Assembly (NCBI GenBank): GCA_000708835.1
Contig: DF237557.1
Coordinates: 1 to 51,897 of the forward strand
Length of the DNA: 51,897 nt
DNA from: Klebsormidium nitens
Lineage: Eukaryota; Plantae; Klebsormidiophyceae
Reading direction: 5' to 3'
A program made the position numbers and the translations under genes. Shown here one piece after another: positions 10,991-21,826 of this stretch; the stretch's first letter is position 1; each line of letters begins with the position of its first letter. Below the pieces are notes generated by a model. The model was not told where the DNA came from and ran no database searches. It was given only the letters and a program-made list of their open reading frames with translations.

Positions 10991-12693
10991 ATGGCCCCCG
11001 AGCCCGAACCAACCGGCGCTGACATCAACACCTTCAATGACACGTGGCAGCAGCAGAAGGCCGCTCCCGTGGCCGACTTTGCGGCGTGGGAGCGCGCACT
11101 CAAGGCAGACGGCAAGTGGCCGCTGCAGCTCAAGGGGCAGAGGACGACCCACGTGGCGACAGCTGTCGTCAAAGGCGCCGGTCCAGCTGGCATCTCCGCG
11201 GCCCTCGAGCTCGACAAGCTGGGCTTCCACGTGGTGCTCGTCGACTGCAGAAACGCCAACGCGCGGCTCAACATGATCGCCGTGCGCGCGGAAACCAACC
11301 GGCGGCTGCACGAGCTGGGCGCCCTGAAGCACCTCAAGGCGCACGCGCGCTGGGCGCGCATGGCGCGGCGCGAGATCTTTGACGAATGGACGCAGCAGTT
11401 CCTGGAGGCGGAGAAGGCCCCCGTCTTCTTCGACGCGCCGGGATACGCCCGCCCGGCGGCCCTCTGCGACCAGATCTCCACGCACTACACGTCGACCGCG
11501 GACCTCGAAACCAGCTTGCTCATGGCCGTCAAGGACCAGGCGCAAAGCAGCGCAACGGGGGGCGTCAAGGTCGTGCCACACGCGTCTATTCGGGTCACCC
11601 GCGCGCCCGGCACGAAGCGCGACCGCGTGACTCTGGTCCCCAAGGACGCATCGCAGCCGTCCGTTGACCTGGGCTGTCCGGACCTGGTCGTCTGGGCCAC
11701 CGGCAAGCGCGACCCCGACCTCGCGCGCGACCTCGGGATCACGCAGCAGTACAACGTGGACCTAATCAACGGCCCCGGCGCGCCGCCGCTCGAGCCGCAG
11801 GCGTTCCTGCTCTTCCAGCTGAAACCCAAAACCCCTGCGTCCGCGCTGCGGTACATGCACACGGTTCTCACCAAGGAGCTGTGTGACGCCAAACCGCAGA
11901 AGCTAATCCGCGGGTGGGTGTACGCGCACGGGGTGCTGAACTGCACCATCCAGCTGCCGTGCGGGCTGACCCCGCGCGGGCAGTCGGCGCCCCCCGACCC
12001 GGAGCAAGTCGCGCGCCACGTGGTGGGGCAGGTGAACGCGGAGCACGGGACTTCGTACGCGAGCGTGGACGCGCTGCTGCGGGACTATGACGTCACCTAC
12101 GGCTCCATTAGCAACATCTTCTGGGTGGACACGTCACTCGCGTCCGCGCTGACACATGGCAGCAACCTGGTCCTGGCGGGGGACGCAGGCGGCACGTCGT
12201 CCCCAGGTAAGGAGTGCCAGTCTTGGCTGCGGAACGCTGGTTCTCTGTCGCGGCTTGAGAGCGTACTGTCACCTCGTATCACGCTAAAGACAATCCTTTT
12301 AGCTTCTTGGACCGGAGAAGAGACATCAGAAACCATTCCAGCCCCAATATTGCGAAGCAAAGCGGCAGCCATTACAAGTTGTGGCAGCTATTCCTGACTG
12401 AGCGCGTGCGTTCTTCGCCAGGTTCGGGCACGGGCGCGGCAACCGCGATTGTTTCGGACAGCGAGAGCGTGGCGCGGCTCGGGGCGGGCCTGCTCGCGCG
12501 CAAGCGCGCGAAGGCGACGTGCGGCGCGGCCGCGGCCGCGCCGAAGCGCGCCGCCCTGATGGCGCAGTACGCGCGGGACAAGATGGACGCCATCCTGGCG
12601 TGGGCAAAGTCCGCGCGCATGTACCTGGTCACGCAAGCAGAGGCGGAGGAGATCCGAGGACCCCTGAAAAGTGAGCAAATCGTGCTTCTTTGA
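10991..12693 (+). CDS. FAD-dependent oxidoreductase, class A flavoprotein monooxygenase-like (MICAL-MO-like motifs); 2 exons
   Basis: Exons 10991-12206 and 12422-12693 (phase-1 GT-AG intron). Rossmann motif VVKGAGPAGISAALEL..VVLVD. The second FAD motif is completed across the splice: LVLAGDAGGTSSP|GSGTGAA, with the same spacing as GDAAHxxxPxxGQG. Confidence 0.8.
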
Positions 12694-13413
12694 TGTTCAG
12701 GCCAGTGTTTCGAGAGTCAGTACCTCGTAATGAATCAACCAGTACAAGTACAGCCGTCAATGGAGACGGCAGTTCTCAAACCTGACAGCCTCACAGAGCA
12801 CGGCTTTGGAAAAGGGCAGCGCTTAGTTAGATCAGGTAACGGTTCAGTAGCCCAGTCGTGACGTGTCGATGTTGCACATGCGTTGTCAGTGAGAAGACTC
12901 TTGTCGCCTTCACAAGCAACCAAGACTGACGCTAAAGTGAGGGAAATTAACGTGTTGAAGTCACGCCTTCATCGGTGAAACCACGAAAGCTAATAACCAT
13001 GACTCTGTCCTTGGCAATCGTGCAGAGACCGACGATCTGAAGGCGCTGCGCGAGAGAGCTGCTCTCAAAACGTTGGCTGTTACAGTGCCCAGACAGGTGG
13101 GTTGCTCTTAACCTCTAGGGTTTTGTGTCCCTCTGTGCAGCAAAGGTAGGGACGTACTCAATGTCGGCCAGTTGGATTCTGGACGTGATTAACGTTTTGG
13201 ATTCGAGCCTTCCATGCAAGTATGAAGCTACTAGGGTCACATGCTGCTCGTGAAGACAGAGATTCAACAAAGTTGGACTTACGTTCCTAGGTATTTCATG
13301 GAATACCGAAAACACATAGAGGTAGAGAGCTCTGGTCTGTTTCTGATTAGTTTCAAATAATGTCCGGTCACGAGCATGAGCAGAACTAACATGCTCCTCT
13401 TCGTTTGCTTCTC

Positions 13414-13500
13414 AGGTTGAGACGGATCAGAAGCGCTCCCCTCTTGCGGCTCTCAACCAGGTTGAGACGGAGAAGCGCTCCCCTCTTGCGGCGTTCAACC
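13414..13500. repeat. Tandem duplication, about 43 bp x2
   Basis: CAGGTTGAGACGGA(TCA)GAAGCGCTCCCCTCTTGCGGC(TC/GT)TCAAC twice. Confidence 0.85.
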
Positions 13501-13951
13501 GGCAACGTGGCTTCTAGATTGGTTCCGAACCATTCCGTGCGTCTAGCGGCGTTTTGGGTTCCTCCTTATAAAGCACAGAACCCCTGAGGGTCTGACAATT
13601 GGGTCTGACATGTAAGGTGGCTGGATGAAAAACCCTGAAAAACCAGAGAGATGTTCAATAGTTACGTGCGGCATCAGTGGTGGGCTCTTCGTAAGAGACT
13701 AGTTTCCGGGAAGATGATAGAGTGAGAAGCATTAGATAGGAAATAGGACGTGTTGCGAGCCGTTGAAAAACGAGCTCAACAGTTGCTACCGCTCGCGGTT
13801 GAGAGATCAACATACTGGACACCGTTCACCTTGTTACACTACATACAGACGAAGTTAGATGTGCCATCATAATTAGTTCGAGTTCGAGCAGCTTAGGTTT
13901 AGAATTCAGCTGGTTCTGTGAAAAACAAAGTGCGCCCACAAACTCCCTTCC

Positions 13952-14146
13952 CGTCGTCCGCAAAGGTGGCTATCCAAAAACTTAACACGTCGTCCGCATA
14001 GGTGGTCACCGAGAAACCCGTCGTCCGCAGATTGTAGTTATCTAGAGGCCCATCGTCCGCAAAACCAATCGACACCGCCCGACCATCACGTAGAGCATCA
14101 GTGGAGCGTTTCGTGATGAATTTGCACACTGACATTTTGCCTAGTG
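13952..14146. mobile_element. Putative CACTA/EnSpm-like element terminus: four spaced 11-bp subterminal motifs ending in TAGTG
   Basis: CGTCGTCCGCA at 13952, 13988 and 14019, CATCGTCCGCA at 14051, and ...TTTTGCCTAGTG ending at 14146. No matching opposite end was found in the window. Confidence 0.35.
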
Positions 14147-15438
14147 GTTAAACAGAAATCATTCGAGAGGTATATAAGGTGAACAGTGTAAGAGCAGTTC
14201 TGGCAGTAGAATTGATTAGTTGCCAGGCCCTAGATAGACACCGCTTCCGCGATTGTCACAGACGCTTCTTAATGAAGACGCACATTCGCGGCCCAGCTTG
14301 AGACATAGCAGTGCAAAGAGTATGCTATTTTGATAAGTATTTATTGATACCGTCGACTCTCAGTAAAACTGTTCCGATTGCGCAGTATAGCGGCCGCACC
14401 CTTGTCTGAGTGCGAGCTTGTGCGCCGGCCGCGGCGAACCATCACATGTCATACTATACGTTGATGAATCACTATAAAATGCTTCGTATATGGACGTACG
14501 TAGGCATCCCAGATACTTGGATCTACAGCTGCTGCAAGTGTCCGACCGGGCCCGAGTCCGCCGTACTGACCGCGAGACGGCCCGTGGCATTATGCGTACC
14601 AAACAATTAAAGTGAGATAGAATTGTTGAACTTAGAATTGAAGACAATTTCATCACAAACTTCCTGTCCCGGCCGCCGGGATGGGTGCCAAAAAGTCGAT
14701 CCCGTTAACATGCGTAACTCAAACTCAGTGCTGGTATGGCGCTTCTAAAAAATGCCTAGGCCGTCTAGCTTGCCAGGCCCGCGCATGTTTGGCGCCTGAA
14801 TATCGCGCAACTGCATGGTGCACAAAGGACGCATGTGTAGCGCATATGGACACATTCGATCGGCGCCCGCCGGGCATGGCAACGGAATGGTGCGAACATG
14901 TTTGGCGTCAACCATGGATGCATTCATTGTGCACATATAGTATGCCGCAGGCCGCATCGTAGGCCGGCCAGAGCAATCATTAATAGCGCTTTTATAAGCC
15001 AACAAACTCTATAGCACTCGAAAGTCTGAACCGTCTTGACGCGGTACACCTTATAGGACAATCGACTTATTCTAGGCTCTGCCGCACAAGCGCGGCCGGG
15101 CGTGCAAGCGCTGGGGCAAACGCTGAGAATGATCATGCAGGACATGTCTAGAGCGAAGCGGTTCCGGATATCCATGAAGCCAATTGTTTGTGCAATGCAT
15201 GCTTGCACTCTCATATCCAGTTGGCCGACCTACGAGCGCAGGAACCCACTTCTGAAGCTTGGACTCGTGCATTTGCACGCTGAGCAATCAGCCTGCAAAA
15301 TTTCCCGTTCGTTCAACAACGAGCCACTTTGCAGTCCAAGATAGAAGCAGACTTGGCTCGGAATTTTTAACAGCGCCACAACTGCGACCTGGTCAGATCA
15401 ACGATCCAATCGAGCACGGCAATCCTACTGCAGTGCCG

Positions 15439-18400
15439 TCACTCCTCGACAAAGTTGGCCGCTAAGTCCCAGTAGTGCCCCACCCCCGCGTCCTCAAGAA
15501 ACTTGCGTGCGGCCGCCTCGGTCCGCGTCTTGTGCACCATGAACCGCTCAAACGCGGGCTTGAGCACGCTGCCCTGCCACACGAGCACGCACTTATTGTC
15601 CCGCGCTAGTTCTTCGTCGGCATCGTCATCGTCCCCCGCTTTCTCGAGCGCCTGCGTCCAGTTGATTCGGTGCAGCATGAGCTTCTGGTAGCGCTTGTTG
15701 GACTTGGTGCCGCCTTCGACCAGGACCACGCTCATGGCGTCGCTGATGAGCATGACGCCCGTCAGCCGGTTCTCCTGCGCGTTGATGTCCACCTTGTACT
15801 GGTGCTGGGGGTGGCGCAGGTCAGACACCCTGCGCGGAAGAAGAGGAGAAAGATCAACAGCCGCAGAGAGAGCCTTGTTTCGAACCTGGGGCACTTTGCT
15901 TACAAAGTGTCCAACAAAAGCAGGCGGCTAGGGATGGAAATAATCGGTGTCGAACATACTAAGAAACCGTGGTGAAGCGAGAAAGTTCCTTCCAATGATG
16001 GCAGTTTTTTCCAACTCTAGGACACTTTGGTGCAGCTTTGTGGGTTCAGCGTCCTGATACTAGCATTCCTTCACCTGGTTCCACGACCTGGGATAGAACT
16101 AGAGATGAATATCGAGGAGAGGATTGTCAATAGAGCGCATTCTACGACCGATGACGTCACTGATGCACTGCTACCAAGCAAAGGCCCCTGAGACCCCAAA
16201 AATTGAAGTGACGAGCTCCAAGTTGGCCAAAAGAGCCCATTGACTTCACGCAACGCACAGAAGGATAGCCCAACGATATGAGATTTCCAGCAAGACAAGA
16301 AGGCAAGGTCACAATCACAAGCGTACCTGTACAGCGACACGATCGTCTCGAGCGTCATGTCCTCGAACAGCTTCTTGTTCTTCTTCTCGCGCCGCTCCGC
16401 AGGCGTCAGCTTGCGCGCGAGGTTCCGGTCCGCGTGCGCGCCCTCGCGCTCCTGTTGCTCGTTGCGCACTTGCTTCTCGAGCGCGGTCGGGTCTTGCACG
16501 GCGTCGGCCCCCATGACGCGCATAAAGTTGGAGATCTTGACCTTGTTCTTGGGTGGCTCCAGCAGGCCCTGCCGCACCAGCTCCTGCCGCTCCGCCTCGC
16601 GCGCCATGCGCGCCTGGTGACGCAGCTTCTTCTGCTCCTGTACAAGAACAAGAGAGCAAAGCGTTCAGCCCTTTCGCTTGTGGGGAGAGGAGAATCTCAA
16701 AATCCCTGCGCAGATATGCCCAAGTGGTGACGCAGCTTCCTCTGCTCCTGCGCAAGCGGAAATCGAGCAAGGGGTTTAGCGACCCTACAAAGGACAGGAA
16801 GTTGTTTCGCAAGAACTATCTGCATAACGACGAATATGCTGATGTGCGAGCCTGTTAACGCAGCTCCTTCGGCTCCTGCGCAAATAGGAAAAGCCAAAGA
16901 TTTCGGCGGGTTGGCCGAGTCGTATTCGTTGCCCAGTCCCGGCGGAGAACGCATGAACATGCGCGCCTGGTGGCGCAGCTTCTTCTGCTCCTGTACAAGA
17001 ACCAGAGAGCAGAGCGTTCAGCCCTGTTTGCATGTGGGGAGAGAAGAATCCGACTAACGCTGCGCACATATGCTTGTATGGTGCCGCACCTTTTCAGCTC
17101 CTGGGCGCAGGGGAAACGCAAGGTGTTCAGCGAAATTCCTCCAGAACGGATGGTTGTTGTTTCCGCACCCAACCATAGATATATAGTTAAATCCTGATCG
17201 AGGGCTCTGCGACCATCCGCGCATGGTGACGCTGCTTCCTCTGCTCCATGCGACGATAATGGAGGGCAAAGTGTGGAGCACATTCGATCAAAAGAATTGA
17301 GAAATCTGCAGTAAAGGAGACGCATTAAGCGGAGGCGCACCAACAAGCGAGCCTGGTGCCGCAGCTTTTTTCGCTGCTGCGCACGCAAGAAAGTCGTTCG
17401 CTCGTTCCTGGCCAAAATTGTTCTCGTCGCACGTGCTCCTAACCAACGGCACAACATGAGACAACGTTTCTTAGCACTCTCAACCCATTTGCCACAACGA
17501 GACCCGGCTCTGGGACATCCGGCTTGCGTACCTTTTTGGTGAGCTTGAGCGGTTGCGGCGGGGGCGGTGGCAGCGCGGTCTCCGGTTCGATGGGCACGGG
17601 GTGCTCTACGAGGTGCGTGATGCGCTCCTCGCGCAGCCGGAACTCGGACTCGGGGAGGTTACGCACGTCGGCGTACGTCCGCGTCAGCAGCAGGGGAGCG
17701 TCCCTGCAGGCAGCAAAAGAGGGGTGACGTCATCGACCTTGGGACTGTCAAGTGGTTGATCACGCTGGCGGGCGGAATCTCGTGTTTGCTAAGGCGCATT
17801 CGAAGGGGGCTCACTCTGGAAATATCAAAAGTCGATCTACCGGACTGCTCCTTGTTTTCGGCGGTGAATAATCAATCAGGTGCCCTGCCGAGTTCCGCTG
17901 GATAGTATTTTGGAGCGATAATTGTCGATAAAGGGACTTTACACAGGTAACAAACGGGTCTGCCGAAAGGATAGAAAGTTTCATAATGAACTTTTCGGCA
18001 TCGAAGGTGCCGAAACCAAATAGCAGTACCGTAAACAGAGTCCACACTTGCAAGCAGTGGAGATCAAAGCATGCCGACTGCAGTCCTGGAGTGGTCAATG
18101 TTTAAGGACCGGGCACGCTTTTCACAGATCTTCAAGGGGCATGGACCTTGATAGCCAGAAAGCGAGAAACGCAATTGGGGCGAGACCACTCGAGACCCGC
18201 TAGCGGCAAGGCGACCAACTAAGTACCACAACAAAGAGAAAAGGGATTCCGTGGTGCGTACCACCACTCGACGTCGGGGATGGGGTCCTTTGGCTTCTCC
18301 TGCTTCTCCGGCACCGGGGCGCGCGCCGTGACCTCGATCAGATTGGGGTTCACCGCGGCCTGCTCGCGCTCCTTCTCCATCAGCGCCTGCCGCGCCTTCA

Positions 18401-21257
18401 TCTCCTTGGCCTTCTGCTCCCCGAACTGGGCCTGCGAAAAGTGCAAAGCAACTTGCGATCAGCTAAAGGTGTTGCAAACTTAGCCAACACTATGATACTG
18501 TCTTTGAGTCACTTGACAAGAAGCTCTGGGTTCTCCCTTCGCAATAACTTCTTACTGGTAACTGCAAGCCTTGTCCATTGTTTCCAGAGGCGCATAGCTT
18601 CGCGAACCGCCACCCAACGTGCTTCAGCGTATGCGGTTGCTTTGCCGACCATCCAGCGTGCATGGCAATGCAAAAGGGACACGGAATGACTTGTCCAAAC
18701 CGTTCGTCTACACAACATCATCTACTGCTCAACGCCCCACTCTTTGGGACGGCAACCTGTTGGTTTCGAGCCCTGCTACTTGAAGAATATGGAAAAGCAT
18801 CGCTCCGTATCATTGGAGCGATAATGAACGGATGTTATCCAAAAGAGCAGCGGGGTAGAGGAGATAGAAACCAGAACCGTACCCGCAGTCGCTGCGCCTC
18901 TGCCTGCTGGCTCCACTTGCCCTCCTCCACGAACTGGAAGGCCGCGCGGCGCGGGCGCAGAATCTTCTTACGGTCGACGTTGAGAGCGGGGTCGAAGAAG
19001 GGGTCGTCCTCGGGGACTGCGTCCAGGTCGGGACGCAAGATCTTGAACTTGTCCTTCTTCGCCTTGTTGATGTTCACCTGGCAGGGGGCAACAACAATGT
19101 AAGCGTTTCGGTTCGCACAGAAAACGATGTGGACCAGGCTGATTTACCTCCTTCCGAAGCTTCTCGAACCTTATAAAGCTTCCGAACGAAAGACAAATCC
19201 TGAAACGGCATCGACAGGAGACAAGTAGGCAAGCTGTACAAGTGGAGTTCCACGAAATAAGCCACAAATTAGTCGTGAGCTTGCACCGCCGACACAAGGA
19301 GCGTAAAGTTGTCAAGAATGTCAGCATAAGACGAGCAGAACGGGACATGGCAAGAAAGCAACTGATGAATATCACGATGGAGCGCCAAATAAACCGGTTC
19401 TAGGGCTGGCAGCTGCGGACAGCATCAGATTGCGGGCCATTGCATCTGCTATCAGACAAGAAGATGAGCCTCAACCGATGGTACAAGTGCATCAAGCGGA
19501 CCACCACTTTGCAGACGCCCCTACCTTCAGTTCACTGGGCGGCAGCTTCTTCTGTTCGACCACATTCCCCTCCTCGTCAATCTCCCGCCCCAGGTGATCC
19601 AGCCTCAGCACCGGCGCCTTGCTCGGCTGCGCAGCTTTCAGTGCCGCCCCTGCAAGAGCCCCCGCCGCCGCGGCCGCGGACAAGGATCCCGGAATCGCCA
19701 ACCCCAGCATAGCGGCTCGCTGTTGTGCCGCCAGGAGAGCGGCGTTGGGGTCGGGAATGGTTGGCTGGACGGCGGGGATGACGGGGGGGAGGGGGACGCC
19801 AGGGACTGGTGGAGTGGCGACTCTGTTCAACTGCAGGACCGCGAGAAACGGGTCTCTGTATGCTAAGCAGTCATCGTTTGAACAGGGCACAATTTAGGCA
19901 CGGCATAGCCGACTAGAACTTGAAGGAGACACGTTGAGAGGGATATGAGAATCACAGGCGCCTAAAAGCATGGTGACATTGTGGCTCTCCAAGATGCCCG
20001 TATCAGCAGTGTGGGCAGCGACTCCTATACGGGCATTCAGCATCCGGCCCGACAGGCGAAGTACATTGCCAGGGAAGATCTCAACCAGTTCTTATTGCAA
20101 ACACTCGATGGTTTCCGCATAATCCAAGAGGTGCATCACACCGCCCAGCTCTGCCACATCTTGTTCCAGCAGAATAAGCCACTGGTCGCTTAGTGACGCT
20201 TTGGAACGGATGTAGGCTCCTGCAAGCTTCCACTCATCCAACTTAACTTAGAATATCTACACATTCGTAAGCCGTAGGCATGCCGTAAGCAGGCAGTAAG
20301 CAAACAAAACCCTTCAGGGAGCGCATTGAGCTTACCTGTGGCAGTCGTTTGAGGCGCTCTGCCAGCTCCTTCTGTTTCTGCAGCGCCGCCTTCGCCTTGG
20401 CTAAAGCATCCAGGTTCAGTGGAACAACCGCCACAGGAGCTGCAAACGGGAAACCTTGCTTCAACGAGCTGCTGACTGATCGCAAACCCATAACTATTGA
20501 TGCACGTGTAAGCTAGTTTTAGCATCTGAACAGCCCAGCCAAGCAGAAAGCGAGCACTAAGGTACGTTCCATTTTTCACTTCTCCAGTAGCGAAACATCT
20601 GGCATAACATGGCAAATATTTGCCGCGAAGAAGCACGAGACATTCGGATGACTAAACTCGAAGCTCAAGAAACCAACCTGCTGGTGCAGCTGCGCCGACC
20701 AATCCACTCCCATTTGCCACCGCCCCCGTCCCAGGCGCCTTCTCGTCGCTGTCCCACCGCCTCCGCTTCCGCCGCTCCGTTCCCCCATTCTCCTGTGCCG
20801 CCACGTTCGGCTTCACATCCTCCTCCGCTTTCACAGCCGCACCGTCAGCCGCTTCCTGCTTCAAGACGTCCACAGCACCAACCGGACCCCCATCCGCCGG
20901 CTCCTCTTTGACCGGTCTTCGTTCCCTGCTGTCACCCCGCCTCCCTCGGTCCTCCCTCTCCTCCTTCGCTCGATGCCTCGGCCGCTCCTCGTCCCGGCGC
21001 CGATCGCTACCCCCGCCCGCCCGTTCGTCATGATACCGATCCTTGTCCTTTTCGTCGTAATAACGGTCTCTGTCCTTCTTATCATAATTGCTGTCCCGCC
21101 GCCCATCCCGGTCGTCCCTGTCTCTCCGGCTGCTGCGCTCATCGGCCTTCCGGTGCCGATGCTCGTACTCTTCCGACTTCCTTGACTTTCTAGGAGGGTC
21201 GTCTACATCCGCCTCCTCCCGCTTGCGTTTGCTGCGGCTGTCTTCCACATCAGTCAT
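15439..21257 (-). CDS. PRP3: U4/U6 snRNP protein PRP3 (plant RDM16-like); 8 exons
   Basis: Exons 21257-20678, 20439-20336, 19830-19525, 19077-18883, 18431-18262, 17703-17532, 16637-16327, 15829-15439. Motifs LDALAKAKAALQKQKELAE, PVLRLDHLGREID, IPDVEWWD, ITHLVEHPVPIEP, KVKISNFMRVMG..AVQDPT, DRNLARKLTP, YKVDINAQENRLTG, VVLVEGG, CVLVWQG, HYWDLA. RD/RE-rich N-terminus. Confidence 0.97.
16638..17376 (-). repeat. Degenerate array of duplicated acceptor + exon-7 start sequences within PRP3 intron 6
   Basis: Copies of (YAG)GAGCAGAAGAAGCTGCGTCACCAG start at 17376, 17246, 17100, 16990, 16875 and 16747, upstream of the true exon start at 16637. Spacing is 110-146 nt. Confidence 0.85.
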
Positions 21258-21826
21258 CAGGCTCCCACCGCGCCACACACAGCTTCGGCTGGTGGCACCA
21301 GGGGAATGAACTGCTTGAACAAAAGCAGGGTTTCTTATACCCTATGACGAACTCGCCAACTACAAATGAGCGGATCACTACAATTCACGTAAACATTCAA
21401 CCTGAAGACGAGGTTGCAGATGACAGCGCGCTAAGTGCCAAAGGAAAGCCCTACTTTACCACAGCAAACCCAAGTGACCTCAAAACAAGAGATGAGGCCC
21501 TTCTTTCCGCAGTGCGCCCTAGCTTGCCTTCTTGCCTGCCAGCCAAATTCATGCAAGACCTAGCAAGGTCCTGAAGGAATCAGCCAGGTTTTAGGCTCGC
21601 AGCTTGTACGGCCGGTTGAAGACTCCGGCGGGGGTGTGACGTATCGCAAACCCCAAGTTGCCGCCTCGCTATCGACCGGTGCATTCTACCGGGCAAGTTG
21701 CAGGCACTTTTGCAAAGCAAGGGAGGGCGACTTCTCCTTCCTCTTTCCTGCTGCAGCAGACAGGCGTCTGGGGCCGCAGCTTGCATCGCACGTCAAGGCC
21801 CAAGGGAGAGGAACAGACGAGCGACC
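21258..21826. promoter_or_regulatory. Bidirectional promoter region PRP3/RPL35; pyrimidine tract near 21731-21748 may be a TOP-like 5' end
   Basis: The two ATGs are about 570 bp apart, head to head. CTTCTCCTTCCTCTTTCC lies about 80-95 nt before the RPL35 ATG. The TSS is not known. Confidence 0.45.

Noticed and set aside
10933-11949. Long antisense ORFs over the monooxygenase (and similar ones over other GC-rich exons)
   Set aside because: Expected shadow ORFs caused by high GC3 on the sense strand.
13952-14061. CRISPR-like repeat-spacer appearance
   Set aside because: The repeat is only 11 bp and non-palindromic, the spacers are 20-25 nt, there are no cas genes, and the context is eukaryotic. 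A transposon subterminal array fits better.
14136-14175. tRNA/SINE-like A box (GCCTAGTGGTTAA)
   Set aside because: No proper B box (GTTCRANYC) or cloverleaf follows.
16855-17457. 200-aa ORF inside PRP3 intron 6 as an independent gene
   Set aside because: Its PRP3-like snippets are explained by the duplicated exon-start copies, and it has no independent coding signature.
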